NCBI GenBank assembly: GCA_038230375.1
Contig: JBBRNJ010000008.1
Location: 1-64,000, forward strand
Source of the DNA: Polyangiales bacterium
GTDB taxonomy: Bacteria; Myxococcota_A; Polyangia; Polyangiales; Polyangiaceae
Direction of reading: 5' to 3'
Length of the DNA: 64,000 nt
Shown one piece after another: positions 8,502-18,284 of this stretch. The translations under genes were made by a program, and so were the position numbers. Position 1 is the first letter of the stretch; each line of letters opens with the position of its first letter. The notes below the pieces were generated by a model that did not search any database, was not told the DNA's origin, and saw nothing but the letters and a program-made list of their open reading frames with translations.

Positions 8502-9881
8502 GTGGCGAAGAATTCCTCCCAGTACGTGTGTCAGTCGTGCGGCGCCACGTTCGCGCGGTGGGTGGGGCGCTGCATGTCGTGCAACGCCTGGAACACGATC
8601 GTGGAAGAGGCGAAGCCAAAGTCGGGCGCCGCTCACAAGGGACCAGCCTCTCGCGCCAGCGCCGCGCTGCCCGTGTCGGAGGTGCCGGTCGATCATGCCG
8701 CGCGCATCAAGACTGGCATCGGTGAGCTCGATCGCGTGCTCGGCGGCGGCGCCGTGCTCGGCGGCGTGACGCTGCTCGGAGGCGATCCGGGCGTCGGAAA
8801 GTCCACGTTGCTCATGCAGGCGCTGTCTGGCCTGGCAGAGAGCGGCCTGCGTACGCTCTACGTGTCCGGCGAGGAGAGCGCGGCCCAGACGGCGGCGCGC
8901 GCGCGTCGGCTTGGCGCGACGTCACCGGAGCTGCTCGTCCTGGCCGAGAACGATCTGGACGCGATCATGGACGCCATCACCACAGTGCGTCCCGCGGCGA
9001 TCGTGATTGACAGCGTGCAGACGGTCCGCGTGCCCGACCTGGAGAGCGCGGCCGGCACGGTCTCCCAGCTGCGCGAGGTGGCCACGCGCATCACCGAGCG
9101 GGCGAAGCGCGACAAGCTGGCGGCGTTCCTGGTCGGCCATGTGACGAAGGACGGAAGCCTTGCGGGGCCGAAGGTGCTCGAGCACCTCGTGGACACGGTG
9201 CTCTCGTTCGAAGGCGAGCGCGGGCACGCGTTCCGCGCCGTGCGCGTGTCCAAGAACCGCTTTGGCAGCGCCACCGAGGTCGGTGTGTTCGAGATGGACG
9301 GCTCTGGCATGCGCGAGGTCAAGAGCCCGAGCGCCCTCTTCCTTGCCGAACGACCGAAGGACGCGCCCGGCAGCGCGGTCTGCGCGACCAGCGAAGGTCA
9401 GCGATCGATGCTCGTCGAGGTACAGGCGCTGGTCTCCGTGTCTGGCGGTGGGCCAGGCCGCCGCGTCTCCAACGGCGTGGACTCGCAACGGCTCAGCATG
9501 CTGCTGGCCGTGCTCGAGAAAAAGTGTAATCTACACCTATCCTCGTGTGACGTTTTCGTGAACGTCGCCGGCGGCGTGCGGGTCGAGGAGACCGCGGTGG
9601 ATCTCGCGGTCGCGCTCGCCGTCGCGTCGAGCTTCACCGATCGCGCGATCCCGAGCGACGTCGTCACGTTCGGCGAGATCGGCCTGGCGGGGGAGGTGCG
9701 CAGCGTTCCGCGCGCTGCCGCTCGGCTTGCGGAGGCCCGCGCCATGGGGTTCATGCGCGCGATCGTCCCGGAGAGCCACGCGGACAGCGCAAACGCTGCG
9801 GTGGTCGGTGTGCGCAACCTCCGGGACGCCCTGATAGCTGCGCAGCTCGAGACTCTTTCGTCGCGAGCTGGAACGAGGTAA
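8502..9881 (+). CDS. radA: DNA repair protein RadA/Sms
   Basis: CxxC-CxxC zinc finger, GDPGVGKST, KNRFG motif, Lon-like C-terminus. Confidence 0.97.
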   Translation: MAKNSSQYVCQSCGATFARWVGRCMSCNAWNTIVEEAKPKSGAAHKGPASRASAALPVSEVPVDHAARIKTGIGELDRVLGGGAVLGGVTLLGGDPGVGKSTLLMQALSGLAESGLRTLYVSGEESAAQTAARARRLGATSPELLVLAENDLDAIMDAITTVRPAAIVIDSVQTVRVPDLESAAGTVSQLREVATRITERAKRDKLAAFLVGHVTKDGSLAGPKVLEHLVDTVLSFEGERGHAFRAVRVSKNRFGSATEVGVFEMDGSGMREVKSPSALFLAERPKDAPGSAVCATSEGQRSMLVEVQALVSVSGGGPGRRVSNGVDSQRLSMLLAVLEKKCNLHLSSCDVFVNVAGGVRVEETAVDLAVALAVASSFTDRAIPSDVVTFGEIGLAGEVRSVPRAAARLAEARAMGFMRAIVPESHADSANAAVVGVRNLRDALIAAQLETLSSRAGTR

Positions 9882-9891
9882 ACTCGACGCC

Positions 9892-10446
9892 ATGACCAAC
9901 TCGTCCTTGCTCAACGTCCTCACTCTGGGTGCCATCACCGCGGCCCTTGCTGTCGGTTGCGGTGGATCCGGAGCCGAAGGTGGCGACGCGAAGACCGCCT
10001 CCAGCGAAGGCGGCAGCCACCCGCTCCTCAACAACCCAGGCCCCGACTTCGCCGTTGATACCGTCAACAGCAAAGGGAAGGCCTCTCCGACCGCCAACAA
10101 GGGCAAGGTCCTCATCGTCGACTTCTGGGCGACGTGGTGCGAGCCCTGCAAGAAGTCCTTCCCGAAGCTCCAGGAGCTCTACACGAAGTACAAGGGCCAG
10201 CTCGAGATCCTCGCCATCAGCGAGGACGACGAGAACAACGGGCTCAAGGACTTCGGCGACGCGCATGGCAGCGTGAAGTTCCCGCTCATGTGGGATGACG
10301 GCAAGAAGATCGCCGCCAAGTGGCAGCCGAAGAGCATGCCCGCCACGTTCATCGTCGACAAGTCAGGCGTCGTGAAGTTCGTTCACCTCGGCTACCACGA
10401 CGGCGAAGAGAACGAGATCGAGAAGGAACTGAAGTCCCTCTTCTGA
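9892..10446 (+). CDS. TlpA/ResA-family thiol-disulfide oxidoreductase lipoprotein
   Basis: Lipobox AVGC; DFWATWCEPC; MPATFIVDKSG. Confidence 0.9.
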   Translation: MTNSSLLNVLTLGAITAALAVGCGGSGAEGGDAKTASSEGGSHPLLNNPGPDFAVDTVNSKGKASPTANKGKVLIVDFWATWCEPCKKSFPKLQELYTKYKGQLEILAISEDDENNGLKDFGDAHGSVKFPLMWDDGKKIAAKWQPKSMPATFIVDKSGVVKFVHLGYHDGEENEIEKELKSLF

Positions 10447-10495
10447 TCCCAGAAGGTTTCGCGCGCCCCCTCAGAGCGAAAAGAAGCGGCGAAAA

Positions 10496-10533
10496 GAAAC
10501 GGCGATCGAGCTTCGTGCCCGGTCGCCGTTTTC
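10496..10533. terminator. Probable bidirectional intrinsic terminator
   Basis: Stem AAACGGCGATCG/CGGTCGCCGTTT flanked by A-rich and T-rich tracts, between convergent genes. Confidence 0.6.
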
Positions 10534-10566
10534 GTTCTGGCTTCTGTGATGGCCCAGCGTCCACGT

Positions 10567-11082
10567 TCACATCGGGCAGCAGAACACGGTCGGATCGCCC
10601 ATAGCCTTGACGCAGCCGGTCTGGATCGGGTCGTTCCCGACGCAGTCGTAGGCCTTCGGGGTGGCCTTGGAAGTGCACATGAAGTCGACGTTGGTGTCCC
10701 TGCTGCACGGATCCGTGGGACCGGCGTCGGGCGTGGGGGTGGTTTTGCAGTGGTCGGTCGTGTCGCTGCAGCTCTGGCACGTACCGACGCTCTCCATACC
10801 GCAGCGAATGCAGTGCTCCGTCGAGCCGCAGTTGTCGTCGCTGGTGCAGCCGACCCCGCATCCGTTGCCGTTGCCGTTCGCGCAGTACTGACCCGCGCTG
10901 CAGGCGTCCTTCACCTTGTAGCAATCGGACTTTCCGCTCCTGCCTGCGCTGCCGCAGTTGCCGCCGCCACCACCACCGCCACCGCCATCTGATGACGTGG
11001 CGCCAGTCGCTGTGGATGAGGATGAGCAAGCCAGGAGCAGTAACGTCGCGAGGCTCGGTGCAAGAAGGGCTCGAATGTACAT
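10567..11082 (-). CDS. Cys-rich lipoprotein with poly-Gly linker
   Basis: Lipobox LLAC, SDG9 linker, repeated Cys motifs (CTSDDNC, CCPM). Confidence 0.75.
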   Translation of the reverse strand: MYIRALLAPSLATLLLLACSSSSTATGATSSDGGGGGGGGGNCGSAGRSGKSDCYKVKDACSAGQYCANGNGNGCGVGCTSDDNCGSTEHCIRCGMESVGTCQSCSDTTDHCKTTPTPDAGPTDPCSRDTNVDFMCTSKATPKAYDCVGNDPIQTGCVKAMGDPTVFCCPM

Positions 11083-11516
11083 GGTCGACTCCGTATGGGC
11101 CGTGGTTTTGGTGCGCCCCGGATGTACGAGGCTGTGTTCGCGCACTCTAGCTCCCACCTACGGTCGTGTCAAGGTTCGGCCCTGCAAGGGAGACACGACA
11201 ACCCTTGTACGTAGGACGATCGCTCAGTCTTTTTGTAACGTGCTGTTTCCTGGCGTTCCGTGTCGCGTCGACATCCAAGTCGCCGTCCGTCGACGTGTCC
11301 CCACGTGTGCGCATCCGATGGTGCTGTAGTTGTTGAATCTCCTTCAAATGATCCCTTCTCCGTGACCGCTGTTCAGGTCAAGATGAAGGAACGGGTGGAT
11401 CTTTTTTCCTCCGTCCTTCTTCACTGAACTTCGCGCTCGGGCGTCCCGTAGCTCACTACAGCTCGTCTTGATCGCGTGACGGCGCTCCCTCCGGGGCGTC
11501 GAAGGAAGGTGCAGTC

Positions 11517-12407
11517 GTGATCGCTGGTTCTCGCCGCTGGATATCTGCTGGACGTCTCCTCTTCGGTGTTGTCGTGGGCTCGATGCTCGTGACGCAGACG
11601 GAGTCGCTTTGTCCGGCGCAGGACATCCAGTCCGCGATGGGCGATATCGAAGGCTCCGCCGATTTTCGTCTCCGCGTGAGCGCGGCGCTCCTCCTGGGTC
11701 GCTCGAAGCCCGCAGGTGCGCGCCAGAAGCTGGAACGCGCGCTCTCCGACGCCCATCCCGCGGTGCGCCTCGCGGCCGCTGCTGGTCTCTCCGCGCTCGG
11801 TGATCCCGCTGCCATTCCCTCCCTCGAGCGCCACGCTCGCGACGAGCAGATGGTCGGCGTGAAGGCCAAGATGCAGGAGAGCGTCACGCATCTCCGGGCA
11901 GGTACCCCGAGCGCCGGCACTGGCGCCACCGCCGTTGCTCCCGTCCGCGCGATCGGCCACGCAAAGTACGTGCTCGAGCTTGGCGTCATGCGCAACACCA
12001 CGGGCTCCCAGAACGATCAGTTCTCTGGCGTGATGGCCCAGACGGCGAAGAAGCAGCTGGAGCAGAAGGGCGCCCTCGTCCTGGACGTCACCGACACCGC
12101 CCTCAAGGACGAAGCCACGAAGAAGCACATCCCGGTCTACCGCCTGGAGGGCCAGCTCTCGCGCCTCACCCAGCAGCAGCAGCCCGACGGCTCGCTCACC
12201 GTGCACGCACGCGTCGAGTTCTCCGTCGTGAAGGTCCCGCAGCACACGCTGCAGGGTACGCTTTCCGGCGCCGCATCCACGCAGGGCAGTGGCTCCGCGC
12301 TCGGCAACGAGTCCACGATGCACAACCTGCGCGAGCAGGTCATCGGCGGCGCGGTCGAGAGCGCCATGCAGAACGCCGACCACGGGCTTCTCGCCAGCAT
12401 TCACTGA
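11517..12407 (+). CDS. Exported HEAT-repeat protein
   Basis: FRLRVSAALLLG and LSDAHPAVRLAAAAGLSALGDPAAIPSL PBS-lyase-type HEAT repeats; N-terminal hydrophobic segment. Confidence 0.75.
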   Translation: MIAGSRRWISAGRLLFGVVVGSMLVTQTESLCPAQDIQSAMGDIEGSADFRLRVSAALLLGRSKPAGARQKLERALSDAHPAVRLAAAAGLSALGDPAAIPSLERHARDEQMVGVKAKMQESVTHLRAGTPSAGTGATAVAPVRAIGHAKYVLELGVMRNTTGSQNDQFSGVMAQTAKKQLEQKGALVLDVTDTALKDEATKKHIPVYRLEGQLSRLTQQQQPDGSLTVHARVEFSVVKVPQHTLQGTLSGAASTQGSGSALGNESTMHNLREQVIGGAVESAMQNADHGLLASIH

Positions 12408-12457
12408 CGGGTCGCCAGCATTCACTGACGGATCGCCAGCATTCACCGACGGATCGC
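12391..12457 (+). repeat. 21-bp tandem repeat x3 spanning the stop codon of the HEAT gene
   Basis: TCGCCAGCATTCAC(T/C)GACGG(G/A) at 12391, 12412 and 12433, plus partial TCGC. Confidence 0.95.
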
Positions 12458-12484
12458 TGAGCAGTCCCTGTGTATAGTGGCGCC

Positions 12485-13621
12485 GTGATCGGCGACGCTG
12501 CACGAGGCCCCAGCGTTCTCTTCGTCTCCAAGGCCGTCGTTCCGCCGTGGAATGATGGCTCGAAGAACCTCGTGCGTGACGTGGCCGCGAACCTGGCGCA
12601 CGCGCGCGCGACCGTGATGACCACGCCGGACGCGCAGATCCTGGCGCCCGGCGTCACGAACGATCACGTGTATCATACAACTAGCCGTTTCTCGCCCGCG
12701 CTGTCGGAGAACGCGCGCGTGCTCTCGCGGTTGCTCCAGAAGGACACGCACGACGCATGGGCCTTCGTCTTCGCGCCCAACCCAAAGACGTCGTTCGTGG
12801 CACGCGGCGCGATCCTCGCTGCGCGCGCGCGTGGCTTCCGCGGCAAGGTCGTCCAGATCGTCGCGTCGAGCCCGCTCTCATTCCGCGGTGTATCGCGCCT
12901 CCTGTTCGGCGACGTGGTGGTCGCGCTCTCGGAGTTCTCGCGCGGCCGCCTGTTCGGCGCGGGCGTGACCCGCGACGTGCGCGTGATCCCGCCGTGCGCG
13001 CGGCCGCTGCGCGTGCCCAACCTGGAAGAGCTGCGTGAGGTGCGGACCCGCTACGACCTGGGTGATGGGCAGATCGTCCTCTACCCGGGCGACTACGAGG
13101 TCTCCACTGGCGCCGAGACCATGGCCATGGCCGTGCGCGAGATCAAGGCCGCACACCCGCGCGCTCACGTCCTCTTCGCATGCCGCGAGAAGACGCCGAA
13201 GAGCGCGCAGGCACGCGCCGCGATCGAGTCCGAGCTCACGCTCGCTGGCCTTGCCCACGTGACCCGCCACGCGGGCAACGTCCCGGACATGGCGCCGCTG
13301 GTGCACGCGGCCGACGTGATCGCATTCCCCGTGGACGATCTGTATGGCAAGGTCGACATCCCGCTGGTGCTGCTGGAGGCGATGGCCGCGCGCAAGCCGA
13401 TCATCGTGTGTCGCGGCGGCCCGCTCGGCATGCTGAGCCACGCTCCCGCGATAGAGCCGGAGGACGCAGCGGCGCTCGCGGACGAGATCGGCAAGCTGCT
13501 CGACGACCCAAAGCTCGCCGCGCACATCGGGCAGGCTGGCGAAGACTTGTATCATGCACGCTTTTCACCCCGGGTCGTGGCGGCGGCCTACGACGCGCTC
13601 TTCGCGGAGATCTGCGGCTAA
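12485..13621 (+). CDS. Glycosyltransferase family 4 (GT-B)
   Basis: AADVIAFP...PLVLLEAMAARKPII; GT4-like C-terminus FSPRVVAAAYDALF. Confidence 0.88.
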   Translation: MIGDAARGPSVLFVSKAVVPPWNDGSKNLVRDVAANLAHARATVMTTPDAQILAPGVTNDHVYHTTSRFSPALSENARVLSRLLQKDTHDAWAFVFAPNPKTSFVARGAILAARARGFRGKVVQIVASSPLSFRGVSRLLFGDVVVALSEFSRGRLFGAGVTRDVRVIPPCARPLRVPNLEELREVRTRYDLGDGQIVLYPGDYEVSTGAETMAMAVREIKAAHPRAHVLFACREKTPKSAQARAAIESELTLAGLAHVTRHAGNVPDMAPLVHAADVIAFPVDDLYGKVDIPLVLLEAMAARKPIIVCRGGPLGMLSHAPAIEPEDAAALADEIGKLLDDPKLAAHIGQAGEDLYHARFSPRVVAAAYDALFAEICG

Positions 13622-13688
13622 GATTCCAGCTCAGAAGCTCCTGCGGTGACGTACGGGCGACTTCGGGCTAAGAGATTCGGCGCCCGTC

Positions 13689-16451
13689 ATGAGCACGAAT
13701 AAAGCCTCCGAAGTCCGCGCATCGTTCCTCGATTTCTTCAAGAGCAAGGGGCACACCGTCTGCCCGTCAGCGTCGGTCATCCCCCAGAACGACCCCACGC
13801 TCATGTTCGCGAACGCCGGCATGGTGCCCTTCAAGGACGTGTTCACCGGAAAGGACACGCGCCCGTTCACGCGCGCTGCGTCCAGCCAGAAATGCATCCG
13901 CATCTCGGGCAAGCACAACGACCTGGAGAACGTCGGCGTCACCGCGCGCCACCACACGTTCTTCGAGATGCTCGGCAACTTCAGCTTCGGTGACTACTTC
14001 AAGGAAGAGGCCATCGCGTACGCGTGGGAGCTCATCTCGGGCGTGTGGGGCATCGACAAGAGCCGCCTTGTGGTCACGGTGTTCGGCGGAGCTGACGGCG
14101 TCCCCGCCGACGACGAGGCGCGCGACATCTGGCGCAAGGTCACCGGCTTCGACGACCACCGCATCATCGGCATCCCGGGCATCCCGGGCGACAACTTCTG
14201 GCAGATGGGCGACACCGGGCCCTGCGGCCCATGCACGGAGATCCACTACTTCACCGGGGCCATCGACCCGAACGGCGCGGCGCCCGTGCACACGTTCGGG
14301 CAGGAGCCCACGCCGGACGGAATCGGCTGGATGGAGATCTGGAACCTGGTCTTCATGCAGTTCGAGCGTTCGAAGAAGGGGGACGACTTCGTGCTCGCGG
14401 CCCTGCCGAAGCCCTGCGTGGACACGGGCGCTGGCCTGGAGCGCGTCACGTCCGTGCTGCAAGGCAAGACCTCCAACTACGAGATCGATCTCCTGCGCGC
14501 GCTGGTGGACAAGTCCTCGCAGATCTCCGGCAAGCCGTACCGCGGCTCACAGGCAGACGACGACGTCTCCATGCGCGTCATCGCGGACCACGCACGTACC
14601 ACCGCGTTCCTCATCTCGGAGGGCGTGTTTCCCGACAAGGGCGACCGCCCCTACGTGCTCCGTCGCGTCATGCGCCGTGCGATCCGCCACGGTCACCGCC
14701 TGGGCATCCAGAGGCCGTTCTTCCACGAGGTCGCGCTCGACGTGGTGCGCCTGATGGGTGACCAGTATCCGGACCTTGTCACCTACAAGGACACGATCGC
14801 CAGCATCGCGGAGCAGGAAGAGGTCCGCTTCCGCGAGACCATCGAGCGCGGGCTCAAGCTCCTGGACGAGGAGATCGAGACCATGCGCGGGAAGGGGCAG
14901 ACCACGATCGACGGTCGCACCGCGTTCAAGCTGCATGACACGTTCGGTTTCCCGCTCGACCTCACGGAGGTGATCGCAAAGGAGCGCGATCTCTCCGTGG
15001 ACATCCTTGCCTACAAGGAGGCGATGGACGAGCAGAAGGAGCGGAGCGAAGGCAGCAAGCTCAACGACGCGAAGGGGTTGGACGCCGCGCTGTACGAGCT
15101 CGCGCAGAAGCACCCCGAGGGCACGCGCTTCACCGGCTACGAGCGCGAGAGCGGCGAGGGGAAGGTCATTGCCCTCCTCAAGGACGGCGCGAACGTCGCC
15201 TCGGCGGGCGTGGGCGAGATCGTCTCCGTCGTCACCGATCAGACGCCTTTCTACGGCGAATCCGGCGGTCAGGTCGGCGACATGGGCAGCATCAAGACGG
15301 CCGCGGGGCTCAGCGCCACCGTGCGCGACACGCAGAAGGTCGTCATGGCCGTTGGCGGCGGCATCTTGGTGCATATTGCACATATCGACGCGGGCCTGGT
15401 CGCGGTCGGAGACACCATCACGCTCGACGTGGACCACGCTCGCCGCACAGCCACGCGTCGGAATCACACCGCAACGCACCTGCTCCACTACGCGTTGAAG
15501 AAGGTGCTGGGCGAGACGGCCACGCAGAAGGGCTCGCTCGTGGGGCCGGATCGGCTTCGATTCGACTTCTCGCACGGCAAGGGGGTCACGCCGGAGGAGC
15601 TCGCCAAGATCGAGGACCTCGTGAACGAGAAGGTCCTGTCGGACGCGCCGGTGATCACCGACGTGCTCGCGATCGAGGAGGCCAGGCGGCGCGGAGCCGT
15701 CGCGATGTTCGGCGAGAAGTATGGCGCCACCGTTCGCGTGCTCACCATGACGCGCGACTCCGTCGAGTTCTGCGGCGGCACGCACGCGCGCTCGCTCGGT
15801 GAGATCGGCCTCTTCAAGATCCTGTCCGAAGGCGGCGTCGCGGCGGGGGTGCGTCGCATCGAGGGCTCCACGGGCTGGAACGCGCTCGCCTACGTGCGCG
15901 ACCTGGAGCACAAGGTGCGCGCGGCCGCGAAGCTCGTGAAGGCCGGTCCCGCGGACCTGGAAGAGAAGCTCGGCAAGCTGGTCGAGCGTGAGCGAGCGCT
16001 CGAGAAGGAGCTCGCCGATGCAAAGCGAAAGGCCATGCTCGGCGGTGGAGCAGCGGGCGCGGCGGGTGGTGGCGGCAACCTGGTGGACGATCTCTGCGGC
16101 CAGGCGCGGGACCTTCCGAACCACGCGGGCGCGAAGATGTTGTCGACCAAGGTCGACGTCGCGGATGTCCCCATGCTCCGGGAGCTGGCCGAGAAGGTCC
16201 GCGACAAGCTGGGCGAGGCCATTGTCCTTTTGGGGTCGAGGAGCGCGGACAAGGCGCAGCTGGTCCTTTGCGTATCGAAGGGGCTCACCGGCACCCACAA
16301 GGCCGGGGACCTCATTCGACCGATCGCCCAGGAGCTTGGCGGGTCGGGCGGCGGGCGCCCGGACATGGCCCAGGCAGGCGGAACCCACGTGGAGAAGCTC
16401 GAAGAGGCGCTTTCGTCCTTGTATGCGCGCCTCGAGAAGGCCGCTTCGTAA
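13689..16451 (+). CDS. alaS: Alanine--tRNA ligase
   Basis: DPTLMFANAGM, RHHTFFEMLGNFSFGDYFK, HTATHLL, CGGTH, GGGRPDMAQAGG. Confidence 0.98.
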   Translation: MSTNKASEVRASFLDFFKSKGHTVCPSASVIPQNDPTLMFANAGMVPFKDVFTGKDTRPFTRAASSQKCIRISGKHNDLENVGVTARHHTFFEMLGNFSFGDYFKEEAIAYAWELISGVWGIDKSRLVVTVFGGADGVPADDEARDIWRKVTGFDDHRIIGIPGIPGDNFWQMGDTGPCGPCTEIHYFTGAIDPNGAAPVHTFGQEPTPDGIGWMEIWNLVFMQFERSKKGDDFVLAALPKPCVDTGAGLERVTSVLQGKTSNYEIDLLRALVDKSSQISGKPYRGSQADDDVSMRVIADHARTTAFLISEGVFPDKGDRPYVLRRVMRRAIRHGHRLGIQRPFFHEVALDVVRLMGDQYPDLVTYKDTIASIAEQEEVRFRETIERGLKLLDEEIETMRGKGQTTIDGRTAFKLHDTFGFPLDLTEVIAKERDLSVDILAYKEAMDEQKERSEGSKLNDAKGLDAALYELAQKHPEGTRFTGYERESGEGKVIALLKDGANVASAGVGEIVSVVTDQTPFYGESGGQVGDMGSIKTAAGLSATVRDTQKVVMAVGGGILVHIAHIDAGLVAVGDTITLDVDHARRTATRRNHTATHLLHYALKKVLGETATQKGSLVGPDRLRFDFSHGKGVTPEELAKIEDLVNEKVLSDAPVITDVLAIEEARRRGAVAMFGEKYGATVRVLTMTRDSVEFCGGTHARSLGEIGLFKILSEGGVAAGVRRIEGSTGWNALAYVRDLEHKVRAAAKLVKAGPADLEEKLGKLVERERALEKELADAKRKAMLGGGAAGAAGGGGNLVDDLCGQARDLPNHAGAKMLSTKVDVADVPMLRELAEKVRDKLGEAIVLLGSRSADKAQLVLCVSKGLTGTHKAGDLIRPIAQELGGSGGGRPDMAQAGGTHVEKLEEALSSLYARLEKAAS

Positions 16452-16511
16452 AGGCTTGCGTCCACGCGGCAAATCGTCGACGCTTAGTCAGCCTCAAAAG
16501 GGGCTCTTCTG

Positions 16512-18227
16512 ATGACGGAGACGCAACGCAGCGCTCCCCCGCCAATCGCGCATGGGAGCATCATCAATGATCGCTATGAGATCCGCCAAAGCCTCGGCAA
16601 AGGTGGCATGGGCGAGGTGTTTCTTGCGTACGACCGTGCAACCCAGGAGCCCGTCGCTCTGAAGATCGTCCGGGAAGAGTCCCGGATGCCAGGCGACGAC
16701 GAAGCGCTGCGTCAGGAGCTCTTGCACGCGCGGTCGGTCTCGAACCCCAACGTCTGCCGCGTCCACGATCTCGCGCCGTCTGCGTACGGCCCCATCCTCG
16801 TGATGGAGCACATCACCGGGCAGACGCTCCATACGCACATCCGCCGCAAGAAAGCGCAGGGCGGGTACACTTCGGACGAGTTCCGCCGCATCGCCTCGGA
16901 CATCTGCTCGGGCGTTGCTGCCATCCACGCGCAGGGCCTGGTTCACGGCGATCTCAAGCCCGGCAACGTCATGGTGACCACCAATCCGGACGGCACGTTC
17001 GGCAAGGCGATCGTCCTCGACTTTGGCTTCGCGAAGGAGCGCGCCCGCGCGAGCGCACGTAGGCCCGGCGCTCCCCCGGATGGAGGGACGCCCAACTACA
17101 TGGCACCGGAGCGCATCCGTTCTGGCGGTGCGTCGCAAGAGGACGATCTCTACGCGCTCGGCCTCACGCTCTGGGAGATGTGGACCTGCCGCGTCCCCGA
17201 CCCCGGCTACAAGCCGCGCGCCAAGACCATGCGCCAGCAGATCATGTTCGACGTGCCCGCCGGGCTCTCCGTTGACGAGATCAAGCAGGTCTTCCGCTGC
17301 CTCTCCGACGACGCGACCTCACGCGTGCCTGCGCGCCACCTCCGCTTCTTCAATCCCGCCGCCCTCACCACGAACCCCGTGCAGGTGCCGCGCGAGCGCC
17401 TGGATCCGGGTCCGCCGCCGGGCCGCAGCGCGAGCGCCGCTTTTCAGGCAGGGCAGCAGTCGCTGCTCTCCACGTTCGCGACGAACGCGCCCGAGTTCGT
17501 GGGTGAGCTCATCGCCCTGGACCAACCCACGCTCACGATCGGTCGCCGCTCCGACGCGGACATCGTCGTGCCCGAGGCCACCGTCAGCGGCACGCACGCG
17601 TCGCTCAAGTGGACCGCTGGCTCGTGGACCATCGACGATCAAGCCTCCACGAACGGCACGTATGTGGAGCACACCTACGAGCGGAAGAAGAACGTCAGCC
17701 TGATGCACGGCGGCGAGGTGCAGTTCGGTGAGCTGCGCCTCAAGCTGGTGAGCTTTGGCAAGGACACGCCGGGCCACAAGCGCGCGCGCGCGTATCTCGG
17801 TCGTCGCGACGGACTCACAGGTCTGCTCACGCGCGAGCAGCTGCTTCGCGCAGTCGATGACGAGGCCCAGTTCTCCGAATGGGTGGAGCAGCCCCTCACG
17901 GTCGCCCGCTACGAGCTCCGCGGCCCGAACCGCCTGGTCTCCGACAGACCCACCATCCTCGAGATGCTCGCGTTCCGTCGCGCGGCCACCCGCGTGATCG
18001 AGCTCACGGACATGCTCCTGCTCTCGCTCCTTGCCGTCACCGCCGGGCGCAGCGGTCCGCTTCGCTTTGCCGTCACGATGGTGGGGCCCGCGCAGCAAGA
18101 GGCGCGCAACCTGGTCGAGCAGATCGTCGGACAGGTGCAGGGCATGCTGCCTGAGGGGCTCGACCTTGTCGCCTCCATCGCGCGCTTCGAGACGGGTATG
18201 AACGTCCGCACCCTCGTGGATCCCTGA
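16512..18227 (+). CDS. Ser/Thr protein kinase - FHA - degenerate GGDEF-like protein
   Basis: GKGGMG, VALK, HGDLKPGN, DFG, APE; FHA IGR...VSGTH...STNGT; RDGLTGL then GRSGPLRF in place of RYGGEEF. Confidence 0.85.
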   Translation: MTETQRSAPPPIAHGSIINDRYEIRQSLGKGGMGEVFLAYDRATQEPVALKIVREESRMPGDDEALRQELLHARSVSNPNVCRVHDLAPSAYGPILVMEHITGQTLHTHIRRKKAQGGYTSDEFRRIASDICSGVAAIHAQGLVHGDLKPGNVMVTTNPDGTFGKAIVLDFGFAKERARASARRPGAPPDGGTPNYMAPERIRSGGASQEDDLYALGLTLWEMWTCRVPDPGYKPRAKTMRQQIMFDVPAGLSVDEIKQVFRCLSDDATSRVPARHLRFFNPAALTTNPVQVPRERLDPGPPPGRSASAAFQAGQQSLLSTFATNAPEFVGELIALDQPTLTIGRRSDADIVVPEATVSGTHASLKWTAGSWTIDDQASTNGTYVEHTYERKKNVSLMHGGEVQFGELRLKLVSFGKDTPGHKRARAYLGRRDGLTGLLTREQLLRAVDDEAQFSEWVEQPLTVARYELRGPNRLVSDRPTILEMLAFRRAATRVIELTDMLLLSLLAVTAGRSGPLRFAVTMVGPAQQEARNLVEQIVGQVQGMLPEGLDLVASIARFETGMNVRTLVDP

Positions 18228-18284
18228 CCACCGGGTCTCGGAACGAGCAGCTTGGCGGACCTGCAGATCTCCCCGCGTGTGCCC

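Noticed and set aside
12391..12457. Possible mini-CRISPR array
   Set aside because: The units are directly adjacent with no spacers, and there are no cas genes; it is a simple tandem repeat.
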